NCBI RefSeq assembly: GCF_000181795.1
Contig: NW_003526941.1
Coordinates: forward strand, 8,375,612 to 8,422,673
Direction of reading: 5' to 3'
DNA length: 47,062 nt
From: Trichinella spiralis
Taxonomy: Eukaryota
Shown: positions 1-11,660 of the stretch, piece by piece
How the letters are laid out: every line of letters starts with the position of its first letter
Position numbering within the stretch: position 1 is the stretch's first letter
Program-made: the position numbers and the translations under genes
The notes under the pieces: generated by a model
What the model was told of the DNA's origin: nothing
The model's database searches: none
The model's input: only the letters and a program-made list of their open reading frames with translations

Positions 1-47
1 GATTTTGTGTTTGTTGTCATGTATATGTGCCAACACTTTTTGGTGTG

Positions 48-572
48 ATGGGGTGGATCATCGTCTCAAGTTGTGCAACAAGTGTTTTTCTGGAGAAACT
101 GCAAGCCGGCAAATCTGCCTATTTTAAATTAACCAAAACGGGAGCGGTCGGAATATTGTTGAAATCATTTTCTGGTGACGCAGATTTGTACGTTTCTACT
201 GTAACTTCGGAACCTTCGTTTAAAATCGGCGAAAACGAGTTCCAGTCGGTCACCTGCGGAGTAGATTTGGTCCGAGTTCCGGAACAAACGTCAAGACCGT
301 TGTACGTTGCCGTCTATGCGCATCCTTCGCATTTGGTCAGCCAGTACGCGCTTGTTATTAACGTGTTCGAAGGCAACGGAAGTGACCAGCGCATGCATCG
401 CTGGGTAGAGCAGAAAAGTGGCTCTGAGTTGACATCCCTGCAAGAGGTCGAAGCGCTGTTCAACGATGAACGGCAGTATTTGATCAGCTCGAAGTTGATT
501 TACATAACCGAGCTCGTTTCCACGTTGATTCTGTTGCTCGTCGACGGTTTGTTTGATGCCATTGTCTTCTGA
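48..572 (+). CDS. C6orf120: UPF0669 protein, C6orf120 homolog (single exon; start may lie upstream because the frame is open to the window edge)
   Basis: Translation has the family motifs GDADLYVS..PSF..QSVTCGVD..RP...VYAHPSHL, a hydrophobic N-terminus and a hydrophobic C-terminal tail. First ATG at 48, TGA at 570-572. Confidence 0.85.
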   Translation: MGWIIVSSCATSVFLEKLQAGKSAYFKLTKTGAVGILLKSFSGDADLYVSTVTSEPSFKIGENEFQSVTCGVDLVRVPEQTSRPLYVAVYAHPSHLVSQYALVINVFEGNGSDQRMHRWVEQKSGSELTSLQEVEALFNDERQYLISSKLIYITELVSTLILLLVDGLFDAIVF

Positions 573-712
573 AACGGCCATATCCTGAGGTTGTTTTTGT
601 AATCCACTTGTCGTCACTGTTGCACACTTGGGTGGAAATGTAAGTTTTGTTTTTGTTTTTTTTGGTGTTTTTTCAGTTTTTTTCAAAAGGGTAGGGCAGA
701 CTTTTGATCGCG

Positions 713-720
<8 letters not shown>

Positions 721-756
<36 letters not shown>
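721..756. repeat. (TA)18 microsatellite
   Basis: Perfect TA dinucleotide run read directly from the sequence. Confidence 0.95.
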
Positions 757-760
<4 letters not shown>

Positions 761-2605
761 ATATCGACGAGGCAATCTTTTGTGCTGTTTATTTAGTTCG
801 ATTAGCTTGATCATATTTTCAAATGCAGTGTTGTAATTCACTGAATTTGTTTGCTTAAAGTTTAATGAATTTGTCAGTGCAAAAAATTCCACGAATGAAT
901 GACACACGATGTGTTTGTTGTTCTTGTTCTTGTTGCACAATTGAAGCATTGAATATTATTGACTTTATTTATTAATTGAAATTGCTTTTCTTGGCACAGT
1001 TTTTATTATTTCAACAATGCTGTAGAATTTAGAAAATTGAAATTTTATCTTTATGAAAAATGTTTCATTGGCAGCAGTTTATATGTGCTGACTTTTTGCT
1101 AAGCTTCAATTGTTTAATTTATTGATTTCATTTTAAAATTGCAAAACTTGTTTTATGAAATTATTTTATCTCAGCAAAGATTTCTTTTCTTTTCTTTCTT
1201 TCTATTATTTATTCTGAAATGATATTTCTTATGTTGCATTTGCTAAATGGAAATGTATTTTTCTTTTGTAAAAAAATGCAAATTTCACTTTCTGATAAGA
1301 AGAAATTCAATCAGCGGTCGTCAATTTTATCATTGCCGAACATGATTGAACATTGTTGGTAATAATGCATGAAAATGTCAAATAACTTATGCATAAATGT
1401 GTAATGCTCGAATCAGAATGAATAGATGCTCGCATGTTTAATATTCATTTCCAAGAAAAAAACCAAGTGCCATTTAATTGTTATAAAAATGGAAATTTAT
1501 GTAGTGTCTTTTTTTTGTTCTTCCTGAATTGTGTATGTCGTCTTTTTGGAAAGAGCAGTGCATTGTGTTGTCATACTTTTCCATACTGTGACCGATCTAA
1601 TTTTTTTTTCTCTCACCAGGGAAGAAGTGGTGAACGTGAAGCAGAAGCAGCACATTTTCCGCCTGATTCGTCATCTTATTTCACAAAAATAGGTTTCCTG
1701 ACCGGCTTGCTGTTTGTATGGTGTTTTTTGTTCTGTTCATATTTCTTTGGGCAATTTTTTCTCTTTTATCCTTGTTCTTTTCTGATGAAATATGTAAATT
1801 CACTTCACTTCATTTCATTCCATTTCACTATTTCTGCGGCATGGAACACAGACGGGGTGCAGTGAACTGATTTTTTTATATCATTGTTTTTTCGCTTCAA
1901 TCCATTCAGTCGAGAGAGGGTGTGTCTGTGTGGGGGATGGAGGTGGGGAAAGGGAGCAAGCATACGGAGGCGAACTAGGTGAACATTGCCAAGTTTTTGT
2001 TTCTGTTGCCAAAATCTTATCTGGGTTAGCCAGCTTTATTAGCGCTTATCAGTTATCACATCATCTCCATCTATTTGATGATTAATCTACGAAACATTTT
2101 CCTTCTTAGTTGGTAGGAGGGGGCGAGTGTTTTATTTGTTTGTACACTGTGATCAGTGTGTTTGACTAATGTAGTTTGTTACTAAGCAGTTGTTGTTGGT
2201 GTTTATTTTAATTTTCCAACCTTCCGGTGTATAACGATGTATATGTTGTTTTATTTTGCAGATGGAGAAATTGTTGTGTATTTTGTTTTTTGCTTTCAAG
2301 CAACAATCGTCTACTTGTCTACTGCTTTGTGCTTTTATTTACTTTTAGTAATTTCTTGCTTAGTTAGTATAGTATATAGATATATGTAGATAGTTTGTAG
2401 CTTTTTTTTGTTCATAATGCAGAGAAATGCACAAATTGTTTGCTGTTGTTGTGCATTGGTGCGAAATTGTTTTTTCTTTTTCATAATTTGAATACTGATT
2501 GTTGATTCATGTGATTTTTTTTCTTGATTCAGATTGAAAAGACAAGAATTGAAAAAACGTCTGCAGTTTGGTGACATGTTGTGAAAAGGTTACTTAAATT
2601 GGAGA

Positions 2606-5600
2606 ATGGAATTCGCTGGTGGATTTTCAGCTTCTTCCGCTAAGCAGCGTAGCAACAACAGTTCGGTTGGGGTTCTTGGTCCGGCGGCGTCGACATCCAC
2701 CAAGGATACTTTGCATTTGATCGAGGACGAAATTGCGGCCAAGCCGAGCGTGGCGGTCGGAATACTGCCGTCCATTCACCACCACGGCACCACGTCGTTC
2801 ACGGGTTCGTTGAGGGCGAAGATGAACGCTTCTTCGTCATTTTTACCAAATTACGCCAAATCGGCCAGCCAGATGTTGCTCAACTCTGACGATACGACAG
2901 TCTGGGGTGACGTGGCTTTGGAGTCGACAAACCACGCATCCTCTGCTGCAGTGCCTTGCGACCACGAGTCGACCATGATCAAGCGTCACTTCTGTGATGA
3001 ACCGCAGCAGCAACAACAACACTATAGAAAATATTTGAACATGTCGCCGACGTCGGCGGCTTATTGGTCTTTGGAAAGTTTGAGAAAGAAAGTTCGTCGG
3101 TTTCCTTGGACTAATGTGAAAACGTTCGTCGGCTTTATATGCTTTCTGATCACCGTTCACGGCGCCCTGTCGACCGGCTACACAATGTCCGTGATTACGA
3201 CCATTGAAAAGCGTTTTCAAATTCCAAGCACCACGTCCGGCTTGATTGTCAGCTCGTACGAAATTGGAAGTCTCTTGTCGGTGGTATTTGTCAGCTACTT
3301 TGGTTCCAATGGTCACGTTCCATATTGGATCGGTTTCGGCGGATTGGTTCTGTCGTTGGGCTCGTTTTTGTTCTCGTTGCCCCATTTCGTCGCCACGCCT
3401 TATTCGTATTTGGAGAACAAATCGATCGAAGCGTTGCTGCTTCTGTCGCCAAATGCTGCCAACAACCTCGGCAAGGACCACTCGTTGCTCGACCAATCCG
3501 CTTCGGCACCACTTTGTCAATTGTCCAACCAGAGCTCTTCTTCGTTGTACAATACCACTTGTTTGTCCCAAGAGACCGAATCGTCCAACAATCACATTCT
3601 GGTCATGATGCTTGCCCAAATTCTGCTCGGCGTGGGCGGTTCACCGTTGTTCACCCTTGGCACTACCTACATTGACAATCACGTCGACAAAGAAAGTTCG
3701 TCCATTTATTTGGGTGAGTTGATGATTTAATTTTTGAAATTTTGTATATATTTCTCTTTTCATACGGTAGGCTTTTAATTTATTTTATTTTGTTTTTTTA
3801 ATACAACAGCATTCATGTATGTCATGCTGGCATTTGGTCCAGTTTGTGGATTTTTGCTCGGCGGGTTGCTGTTGTCCGAATATGTGAATCCGAATTCGGC
3901 GCCGCCCGATTTGACGATCCAGTCGATCGGTTGGATAGGACTTTGGTGGGGCGGCTTTATCATTTGTGGCTTTTTCTATTTGTTGGCGTCGTTGCCATTT
4001 TTCTGCTTTCCTCGACGTTTGACCGACGACCAAGACAACAGTCCTCGTTCGGATTACGGCAAAGACATCCGAAAGATTCCAGTATCAATTTTTCGTCTGA
4101 TCACCAACAAAGTCTACATGGTTACGTCGTTCAACGCTTGCTTGGATTTGGCAATTGTGTCCGGTTTTACGGTTTTCTTGCCAAAATTTTTGGAAACCCA
4201 GTTTCTGGTCTCCAAATCCGATGCCAGCTTGTTCACTGGTAAAGTGAAGCGCAGTTTTGTTTTTTTATCCCATTTTAAGTAAAACTGTTCCACTTTGAGG
4301 TAGCGTGGCTGTACCCGGAGCTTGCATTGGTACACTGTTTGGTGGATGGGTTCTGAAGCGGCTGAAAATGGTTATGAGTCATGTTGCAAATTACGTCGTG
4401 CTAGTGAACATTGCCGCGGTTCTGCTGCTTAGTTTGTTGTTTTTTATTGGCTGTGAAAATTTCAAAATTGCTGGTGTTAGTCAAACTTATCCAAGGTAGT
4501 GGTAGTAGTTGAAGATAGAAAAATTCTGCAAATTGAAATCATCATACTGATGCTTTTTCAGTTCTGCTATATTTGACGACCGGATGTTCATCAGCGCTTG
4601 GGATCAGTGCAACATGAACTGCAGCTGTTCTTTGCAAGGAATTCAGCCAATTTGTGGTATTGACGGGATCACGTATTTGTCACCTTGCTTTGCTGGTTGT
4701 AAAGCATCGGCGATTACAACCGGAGGCAAACGACCGAGCATTGTCGGTACAGTTGATCGTCTTTACAGGGTAAGTTTTTTTTGCATTATTATCTTTATTC
4801 AAAAAAAGATTCATACATTGTGTTTGTTTGTTTGTTTTTAGACTTATAGCAATTGTTCGTGTATATTGTCAAATTTGAATATCACTGTCAACGTTCACAA
4901 TACTAGCAACGCCGTCGCTTCTTCCATACAAGCTTGGTATGGATTGTGCCCGTCGAATTGCCGCATGCTTGTTCCATTTCTTGTATTGCTTTTCATCGTC
5001 ACCCTTACGGCGGCTAACAATCAAATGCCATTGGTTATGATCACTTTGAGGTAGTGCTATATTTGGAATAGTGGAAAATTAAAATGCTTTACAACCATTG
5101 TATTTCACCTTCTTTTGCAGAGCTGTTTCTGAAGAGGAGAAAGCGTTCGCTTTGGGATTGCAAGTTGTAATGTTGCGCTTGTTGAGTGAGTTTTATTTAT
5201 TTATTTATTTGTTGTTAATAAATTCATTTAAATATTATGATTGAAAATGTTTCGTCGAAGGTTATTTACCGGCTCCAATTGTTTACGGAGCTATCATCGA
5301 CACCGCCTGTCGTTTGATGGATGACTCATGTGGCACCACCGGGGCGTCATGTCTCTTCTACGACATTGAAACGTTTCGTTTTCGATTTGCTTTCCTCTGC
5401 CTAATGCTCAAGGTATTGTTGTTGTTGTTGTTGTTGTTGTTGTTTTGAAAAATTATTATAATAATTGCAAAATCTAAATTTAAAAAAACATGCAATAGTT
5501 AGTTGTAAGGGTATGTATAATAGTAGATTTATTCATCATTCTTGTAAAATTATGGATTGCATGTTAAATGTTGAAAAGAAAATTTTAAATTCATCTTTAA

Positions 5601-6204
5601 AAGGCTGATATTCTGTGCATGAATATTTTGTGTAAAGTTTTGGTTTATTTTTGTTTTATTCTTTTTTAATCTGTGTATTCTATCATAAAGTTTGAGCATA
5701 ATAAGTGTGCTGAGTGAGATTTTATTGTTGTTTTATTTAAACTGTGACGTCATATTTAATTCAATTTGTTGGTTGGTCTTTTTGTGCAACTTTTTAAATG
5801 TGAAATGTAAAATTTCCTCTTGAGCATTCATTCATTTGACGGGCAACAATTGGGGAGGGTATTTATTTATTTGTTTATTTATGTCTTTGTTGTTGTTGTT
5901 TGTTTGCTTGTGCACGAAACTTTTCTCGCCGTATGCGGATGCATGCAGTTTTGGTTTTTTCATTTGTTGTTTTCAGCTTTTTGGACTGCTGGTCAGCGTT
6001 GTTATGTTGTTTTGCATACGTCGTCGATACGTACCGTTCTCGTCCCCAGTAACGATGTCAGAAATTGTTCATCGTCTTGGTGACATTGAAAATTTGCATC
6101 TGCAACGTTGCAATGCCAAAGGATCTTTGCGACACTGGGTATCTGACGACAGTCTTTACAGTCGGCCTCGATCTCCGCGACATCGTAAAACGTTGTCGTC
6201 GTGA
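2606..6204 (+). CDS. Organic anion transporting polypeptide (SLCO/OATP), SLCO5A1-like, ~864 aa, 8 exons
   Basis: Exons 2606-3713, 3810-4238, 4300-4495, 4562-4769, 4842-5050, 5121-5185, 5261-5412, 5977-6204. All introns are GT-AG and phase-consistent (2595 nt). OATP motifs: ITTIEKRFQIPST.SGLIVSSYEIG, PLFTLGTTYIDNHV, WIGLWWGGF, FLPKFLETQF, Kazal-like CNMNCSC...PICGIDGITYLSPCFAGC, EEEKAFALGLQ, PAPIVYGAIIDTAC. The long N-terminal extension resembles SLCO5A1; the subfamily call is inference. Confidence 0.93.
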
Positions 6205-7782
6205 GCAAATTGTCAGCTGAAGTCGTGGGCGGGTTGTTTCCGTTAAATCCTAGCCCTATTCCCTGTGGGATATTATTATATTCTTATGAAAAAGAATGAA
6301 ACCACTATCTATCTATCTATATATTATATATACTGCCTGCCTTATTTTCTCTTCTTTTTTTTCATTCAGCTATTGGTTTCATACATGCGCATACATACAT
6401 ACATACATACATGTATATGTATATATATCAATAATAGAAATGGGCAGACGTTTGTTTTATCGTTCTGTGATATCACAAATGCCCACTGATGATGATGCGA
6501 AAATGAAAGAAAAAACGTCGACGAAGTCGTTGTGCTATTTAATGATAATCATAGTAATAATAACGATAATAATAATAATAATAATAATAATAATTAATAA
6601 TAAACTATCAAATATCAACATGTATGCGTAAAACAAAGCATCCAAAGCAAGCAGGCAGCCAGCAAAGAAGCTGACAGATGTGGATTGATGATCGCAATTC
6701 AAATTGCATGCAGTTCAACGGGTAAAATGGTATTTAATCTTTGCCATCTTTCCTCATTTTCGCTCGGCACCGACGACACATCCACGTGCCTTTTGGAATA
6801 TGTTTGATCCTGACACAAGGTAAGTGGAACCATTGATAAGGACAATTCGGCGCTTCGCATTCAATCATCACTCCATAAGCGACCTTTTGGCAACAGCAGT
6901 ACAATGTCGTGTCTTCTTCGGCTTCGTCTTCGTGAACAACTGCTTCTGCAGGAACCGCTTCTTCAACTTCCTTGTTGCTGAAATTACAAACCAACCAACC
7001 CATTACATCAATTGACTGTACAATTGAATTAGCCATAAGAAAAAATGCCAAATTCCTATATATATGTACAGTACTTATTACCTGGTCGTGAATTTGGGTT
7101 GAACATCACTCGACGACGACAGCATCATTTCGTTGTCATTTTCCAATACTGTTGTCCATTTGCCCTTTTTATTATCTTCTCCCGACGGTGATGACGGTGG
7201 TTCGTCGTCATCGTCGAACAATTCAGCAGAAGAATTGGGTTCGATCCAGTCGAACATCGAATCATCCAGCGCTTCCAGAATATCTAATTCTTGGATTTTC
7301 GATTTGGTCAACTGTTCGCACGACTTGATGATACCAAGCTTTTCTTCGAGCATTTTGTCCATCTTTTGGTAAGCTCTTTGAAATTCGTCGTGCTTCAACT
7401 TCAGCTTGTTCCCTTTTGGCGGATCAGTGGCTGCTGACAGCAGTTCATTCAAAAATACAATCCTCTCGGACAGCAGCTTCTCGTCCACTTCGTTCACGTT
7501 TTCCATGTAATCTTTGAAATACGAAGTCACATCTTGCACTTCTTCAGACTGAGAAGCTGAGTTGCCACCGCCCATTTCATTCATCTCTGAAACGATTTTA
7601 CTGAATTTCAAAATTCGCCTCGTCTGTTTGCAATGAAAAATATCAATTTCGCTTAAATACACAATGGGGATCGCGCGGAAAAACAACGCAGCTCAAATTA
7701 AATGATCTTTTTTTATTGAATGGTGGCCAAATCCGTCGTCACTGTGATCCAAAGAAAAGTTATCAAGAATAATCGCTTTGCT
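4856..7782. repeat. Duplicated 2.9-kb segment, copy 1
   Basis: Near-identical to 7793-10714. The last ~170 nt differ from copy 2 mostly by single-base indels in homopolymers, typical of a degraded contig end. Confidence 0.95.
6734..7584 (-). CDS. ING-family (inhibitor of growth) PHD-finger protein, ~248 aa, 2 exons (copy 1)
   Basis: Exons 7584-7082 and 6977-6734 with a phase-2 GT-AG intron. C-terminal ING-type PHD LYCCCQKVAYGVMIECEAPNCPYQWFHLPCV..IPKGTWMCRRC. N-terminal helical region (YFKDYMENV...EEKLGI). TTTCAG lies 2 nt before the ATG. Confidence 0.88.
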
Positions 7783-7792
7783 NNNNNNNNNN
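7783..7792. other. Assembly gap (10 N)
   Basis: Run of N exactly at the junction of the two duplicate copies. Confidence 0.99.
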
Positions 7793-9129
7793 TTCGTGTA
7801 TATTGTCAAATTTGAATATCACTGTCAACGTTCACAATACTAGCAACGCCGTCGCTTCTTCCATACAAGCTTGGTATGGATTGTGCCCGTCGAATTGCCG
7901 CATGCTTGTTCCATTTCTTGTATTGCTTTTCATCGTCACCCTTACGGCGGCTAACAATCAAATGCCATTGGTTATGATCACTTTGAGGTAGTACTATACT
8001 TGGAATAGTGGAAAATTAAAATGCTTTACAACCATCGTATTTCACCTTCTTTTGCAGAGCTGTTTCTGAAGAGGAGAAAGCGTTCGCTTTGGGATTGCAA
8101 GTTGTAATGTTGCGCTTGTTGAGTGAGTTTTATTTATTTATTTATTTGTTGTTAATAAATTCATTTAAATATTATGATTGAAAATGTTTCGTCGAAGGTT
8201 ATTTACCGGCTCCAATTGTTTACGGAGCTATCATCGACACCGCCTGTCGTTTGATGGATGACTCATGTGGCACCACCGGGGCGTCATGTCTCTTCTACGA
8301 CATTGAAACGTTTCGTTTTCGATTTGCTTTCCTCTGCCTAATGCTCAAGGTATTGTTGTTGTTGTTGTTGTTTTGAAAAATTATTATAATAATTGCAAAA
8401 TCTAAATTTAAAAAAACATGCAATAGTTAGTTGTAAGGGTATGTATAATAGTAGATTTATTCATCATTCTTGTAAAATTATGGATTGCATGTTAAATGTT
8501 GAAAAGAAAATTTTAAATTCATCTTTAAAAGGCTGATATTCTGTGCATGAATATTTTGTGTAAAGTTTTGGTTTATTTTTGTTTTATTCTTTTTTAATCT
8601 GTGTATTCTGTCATAAAGTTTGAGCATAATAAGTGTGCTGAGTGAGATTTTATTTTTGTTTTATTTAAACTGTGACGTCAGATTTAATTCAATTTGTTGG
8701 TTGGTCTTTTTGTGCAATTTTTTAAATGTGAAATGTAAAATTTCCTCTTGAGCATTCATTCATTTGACAGGCAACATTTGGGGAGGGTATTTATTTATTT
8801 ATTTGTCTTTGTTGTTGTTGTTGTTTGTTTGCTTGTGCACGAAACTTTTCTCGCCGTATGCGCATGCATGCAGTTTTGGTTTTTTCATTTGTTGTTTTCA
8901 GCTTTTTGGACTGCTGGTCAGCGTTGTTATGTTGTTTTGCATACGTCGTCGATACGTACCGTTCTCGTCCCCAGTAACGATGTCAGAAATTGTTCATCGT
9001 CTTGGTGACATTGAAAATTTGCATCTGCAACGTTGCAATGCCAAAGGATCTTTGCGACACTGGGTATCTGACGACAGTCTTTACAGTCGGCCTCGATCTC
9101 CGCGACATCGTAAAACGTTGTCGTCGTGA
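7793..9129 (+). CDS. Partial duplicate of OATP 3' exons (5'-truncated at the gap; probable alternate haplotype)
   Basis: Exons 7793-7987 (partial), 8058-8122, 8198-8349 and 8902-9129 give the same translation as OATP exons 5-8. Confidence 0.7.
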
Positions 9130-9658
9130 GCAAATTGTCAGCTGAAGTCGTGGGCGGGTTGTTTCCGTTAAATCCTAGCCCTATTCCCTGTGGGATATTA
9201 TTATATTCTTATGAAAAAGAATGAAACCACTATCTATCTATCTATATATTATATATACTGCCTGCCTTATTTTCTCTTCTTTTTTTTCATTCAGCTATTG
9301 GTTTCATACATGCGCATACATACATACATACATACATGTATATGTATATATATCAATAATAGAAATGGGCAGACGTTTGTTTTATCGTTCTGTGATATCA
9401 CAAATGCCCACTGATGATGATGCGAAAATGAAAGAAAAAACGTCGACGAAGTCGTTGTGCTATTTAATGATAATCATAGTAATAATAACGATAATAATAA
9501 TAATAATAATTATTATTATTAATAATAAACTATCAAATATCAACATGTATGCGTAAAACAAAGCATCCAAAGCAAGCAGGCAGCCAGCAAAGAAGCTGAC
9601 AGATGTGGATTGATGATCGCAATTCAAATTGCATGCAGTTCAACGGGTAAAATGGTAT

Positions 9659-10509
9659 TTAATCTTTGCCATCTTTCCTCATTTTCGCTCGGCACCGACG
9701 ACACATCCACGTGCCTTTTGGAATATGTTTGATCCTGACACAAGGTAAGTGGAACCATTGATAAGGACAATTCGGCGCTTCGCATTCAATCATCACTCCA
9801 TAAGCGACCTTTTGGCAACAGCAGTACAATGTCGTGTCTTCTTCGGCTTCGTCTTCGTGAACAACTGCTTCTGCAGGAACCGCTTCTTCAACTTCCTTGT
9901 TGCTGAAATTACAAACCAACCAACCCATTACATCAATTGACTGTACAATTGAATTAGCCATAAGAAAAAATGCCAAATTCCTATATATATGTACAGTACT
10001 TATTACCTGGTCGTGAATTTGGGTTGAACATCACTCGACGACGATAGCATCATTTCGTTGTCATTTTCCAATACTGTTGTCCATTTGCCCTTTTTATTAT
10101 CTTCTCCCGACGGTGATGACGGTGGTTCGTCGTCATCGTCGAACAATTCAGCAGAAGAATTGGGTTCGATCCAGTCGAACATCGAATCATCCAGCGCTTC
10201 CAGAATATCTAATTCTTGGATTTTCGATTTGGTCAACTGTTCGCACGACTTGATGATACCAAGCTTTTCTTCGAGCATTTTGTCCATCTTTTGGTAAGCT
10301 CTTTGAAATTCGTCGTGCTTCAACTTCAGCTTGTTCCCTTTTGGCGGATCAGTGGCTGCTGACAGCAGTTCATTCAAAAATACAATCCTCTCGGACAGCA
10401 GCTTCTCGTCCACTTCGTTCACGTTTTCCATGTAATCTTTGAAATACGAAGTCACATCTTGCACTTCTTCAGACTGAGAAGCTGAGTTGCCACCGCCCAT
10501 TTCATTCAT
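9659..10509 (-). CDS. ING-family PHD-finger protein (copy 2), 2 exons
   Basis: Exons 10509-10007 and 9902-9659. Same protein as copy 1, with one synonymous difference seen (7120 C vs 10045 T; CTG vs CTA Leu). Confidence 0.85.
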
Positions 10510-11091
10510 CTCTGAAACGATTTTACTGAATTTCAAAAATTCGCCTCGTCTGTTTGCAATGAAAAAATATCGATTTCGCTTAGATACACAATGGGATCGG
10601 CGGAAAAACAACGCAGCTCAAATTAAATGATCTTTTTTATTGAATGGTGGCAAAAATCGGTCGTCACTGGTGATCCAAAAAGAAAAAGTTAACAAAGAAT
10701 AAATCGGCTTTGCTGTTGGTGTTGATATTGTTGTTGTTATGATTAATAATTTTTTTACGAGAAAGACCTATCGAAAACAGTCGACACCGGCAACACATGG
10801 CGCGTAATTTATTATTAAGTGAAGACCAACTGTTGCTGCAAAGTGCTAAATTAAATATGGGAATAATTTTTTCAGATCGACACACCAGATACCCCAGTGT
10901 GCACATCTGTGTGAGCTGGGAAGTGAATGGTTGGGAAAAAACAATAAAATAGGAATGAATGAATGAATGAATCATGTGCTTTTGAAGGCTGAAGGAAATG
11001 AATGCACCAGTGAAATAATATGTGTATATGAATGATATACGTTTTTTGAATAATACGCATGCAAGAACACAATCATTCCAAGCGGCCGTCT

Positions 11092-11660
11092 TCAGTAGCC
11101 CTGCTGTCGCAAATAATTGCCCATCTCTTCAACTGAAGCACGACAAGCAAGCGCTTCTTGCGAATCGCCTTCGAAACGTGCGATGATAATGGCTAAAAAA
11201 AGACCAATTAAAACAAGAAACAAACAATTCGCTTTTATCGGTTGTTTGTTGTTCACCTTTTCCAGTTTTAAAAACGAACACTCCTGTTTTGTTCCGTTTG
11301 CCAAAAATTAGATTCTCCTCAACACGAGGAACAATGTATCTTGTTCCTTCGAGCTTCAAACCATTCGACGGTACTTCGTTTATGTTTTGAAATACCGAAA
11401 CCAATTCTTTGAGCTCTTCTGCCGAAGCCTGTTCAAAGGAAAATATTAGGTGAAAAAAACCAAAACAGATCAAATCGAACATAATTAACTTTATACAGTA
11501 ATTAAACGTATCGAACTAAACAGTCTACCGTAAAATCTTCGCCGAGAGGTGCAGCAGTGCACGCCCACACTTGTCCATCTTGAGCGCCGATAATTGCTAC
11601 ACGGCGAATGCTGCTTTCGGATTCGATCAGATTTTTCACATATACATTCCAGCCTGACAT
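11092..11660 (-). CDS. pfn: Profilin, 134 aa, 3 exons
   Basis: Exons 11660-11529, 11428-11257, 11192-11092 (405 nt, GT-AG). MSGWNVYVKNL..AIIGAQDGQVWA..NGLKLEGTRYIV..IFGKRNKTGVFVFKTGKAIIIA..VEEMGNYLRQQGY matches the profilin consensus end to end. Confidence 0.95.

Larger units (their letters stand above)
7793..10714. repeat. Duplicated 2.9-kb segment, copy 2
   Basis: Aligns to 4856-7782 with an offset of 2937 at the start and 2925 over ING. Differences are mostly intronic or UTR. Confidence 0.95.

Noticed and set aside
2843..3619. 258-aa antisense ORF and other overlapping ORFs within OATP exon 1
   Set aside because: Shadow ORFs of a GC-richer coding exon with no recognisable motifs.
5047..5055. 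TGAGGTAGT, a let-7-like 5' end
   Set aside because: It is the OATP exon 5/intron junction (AG|GTAGT); there is no further match and no hairpin.
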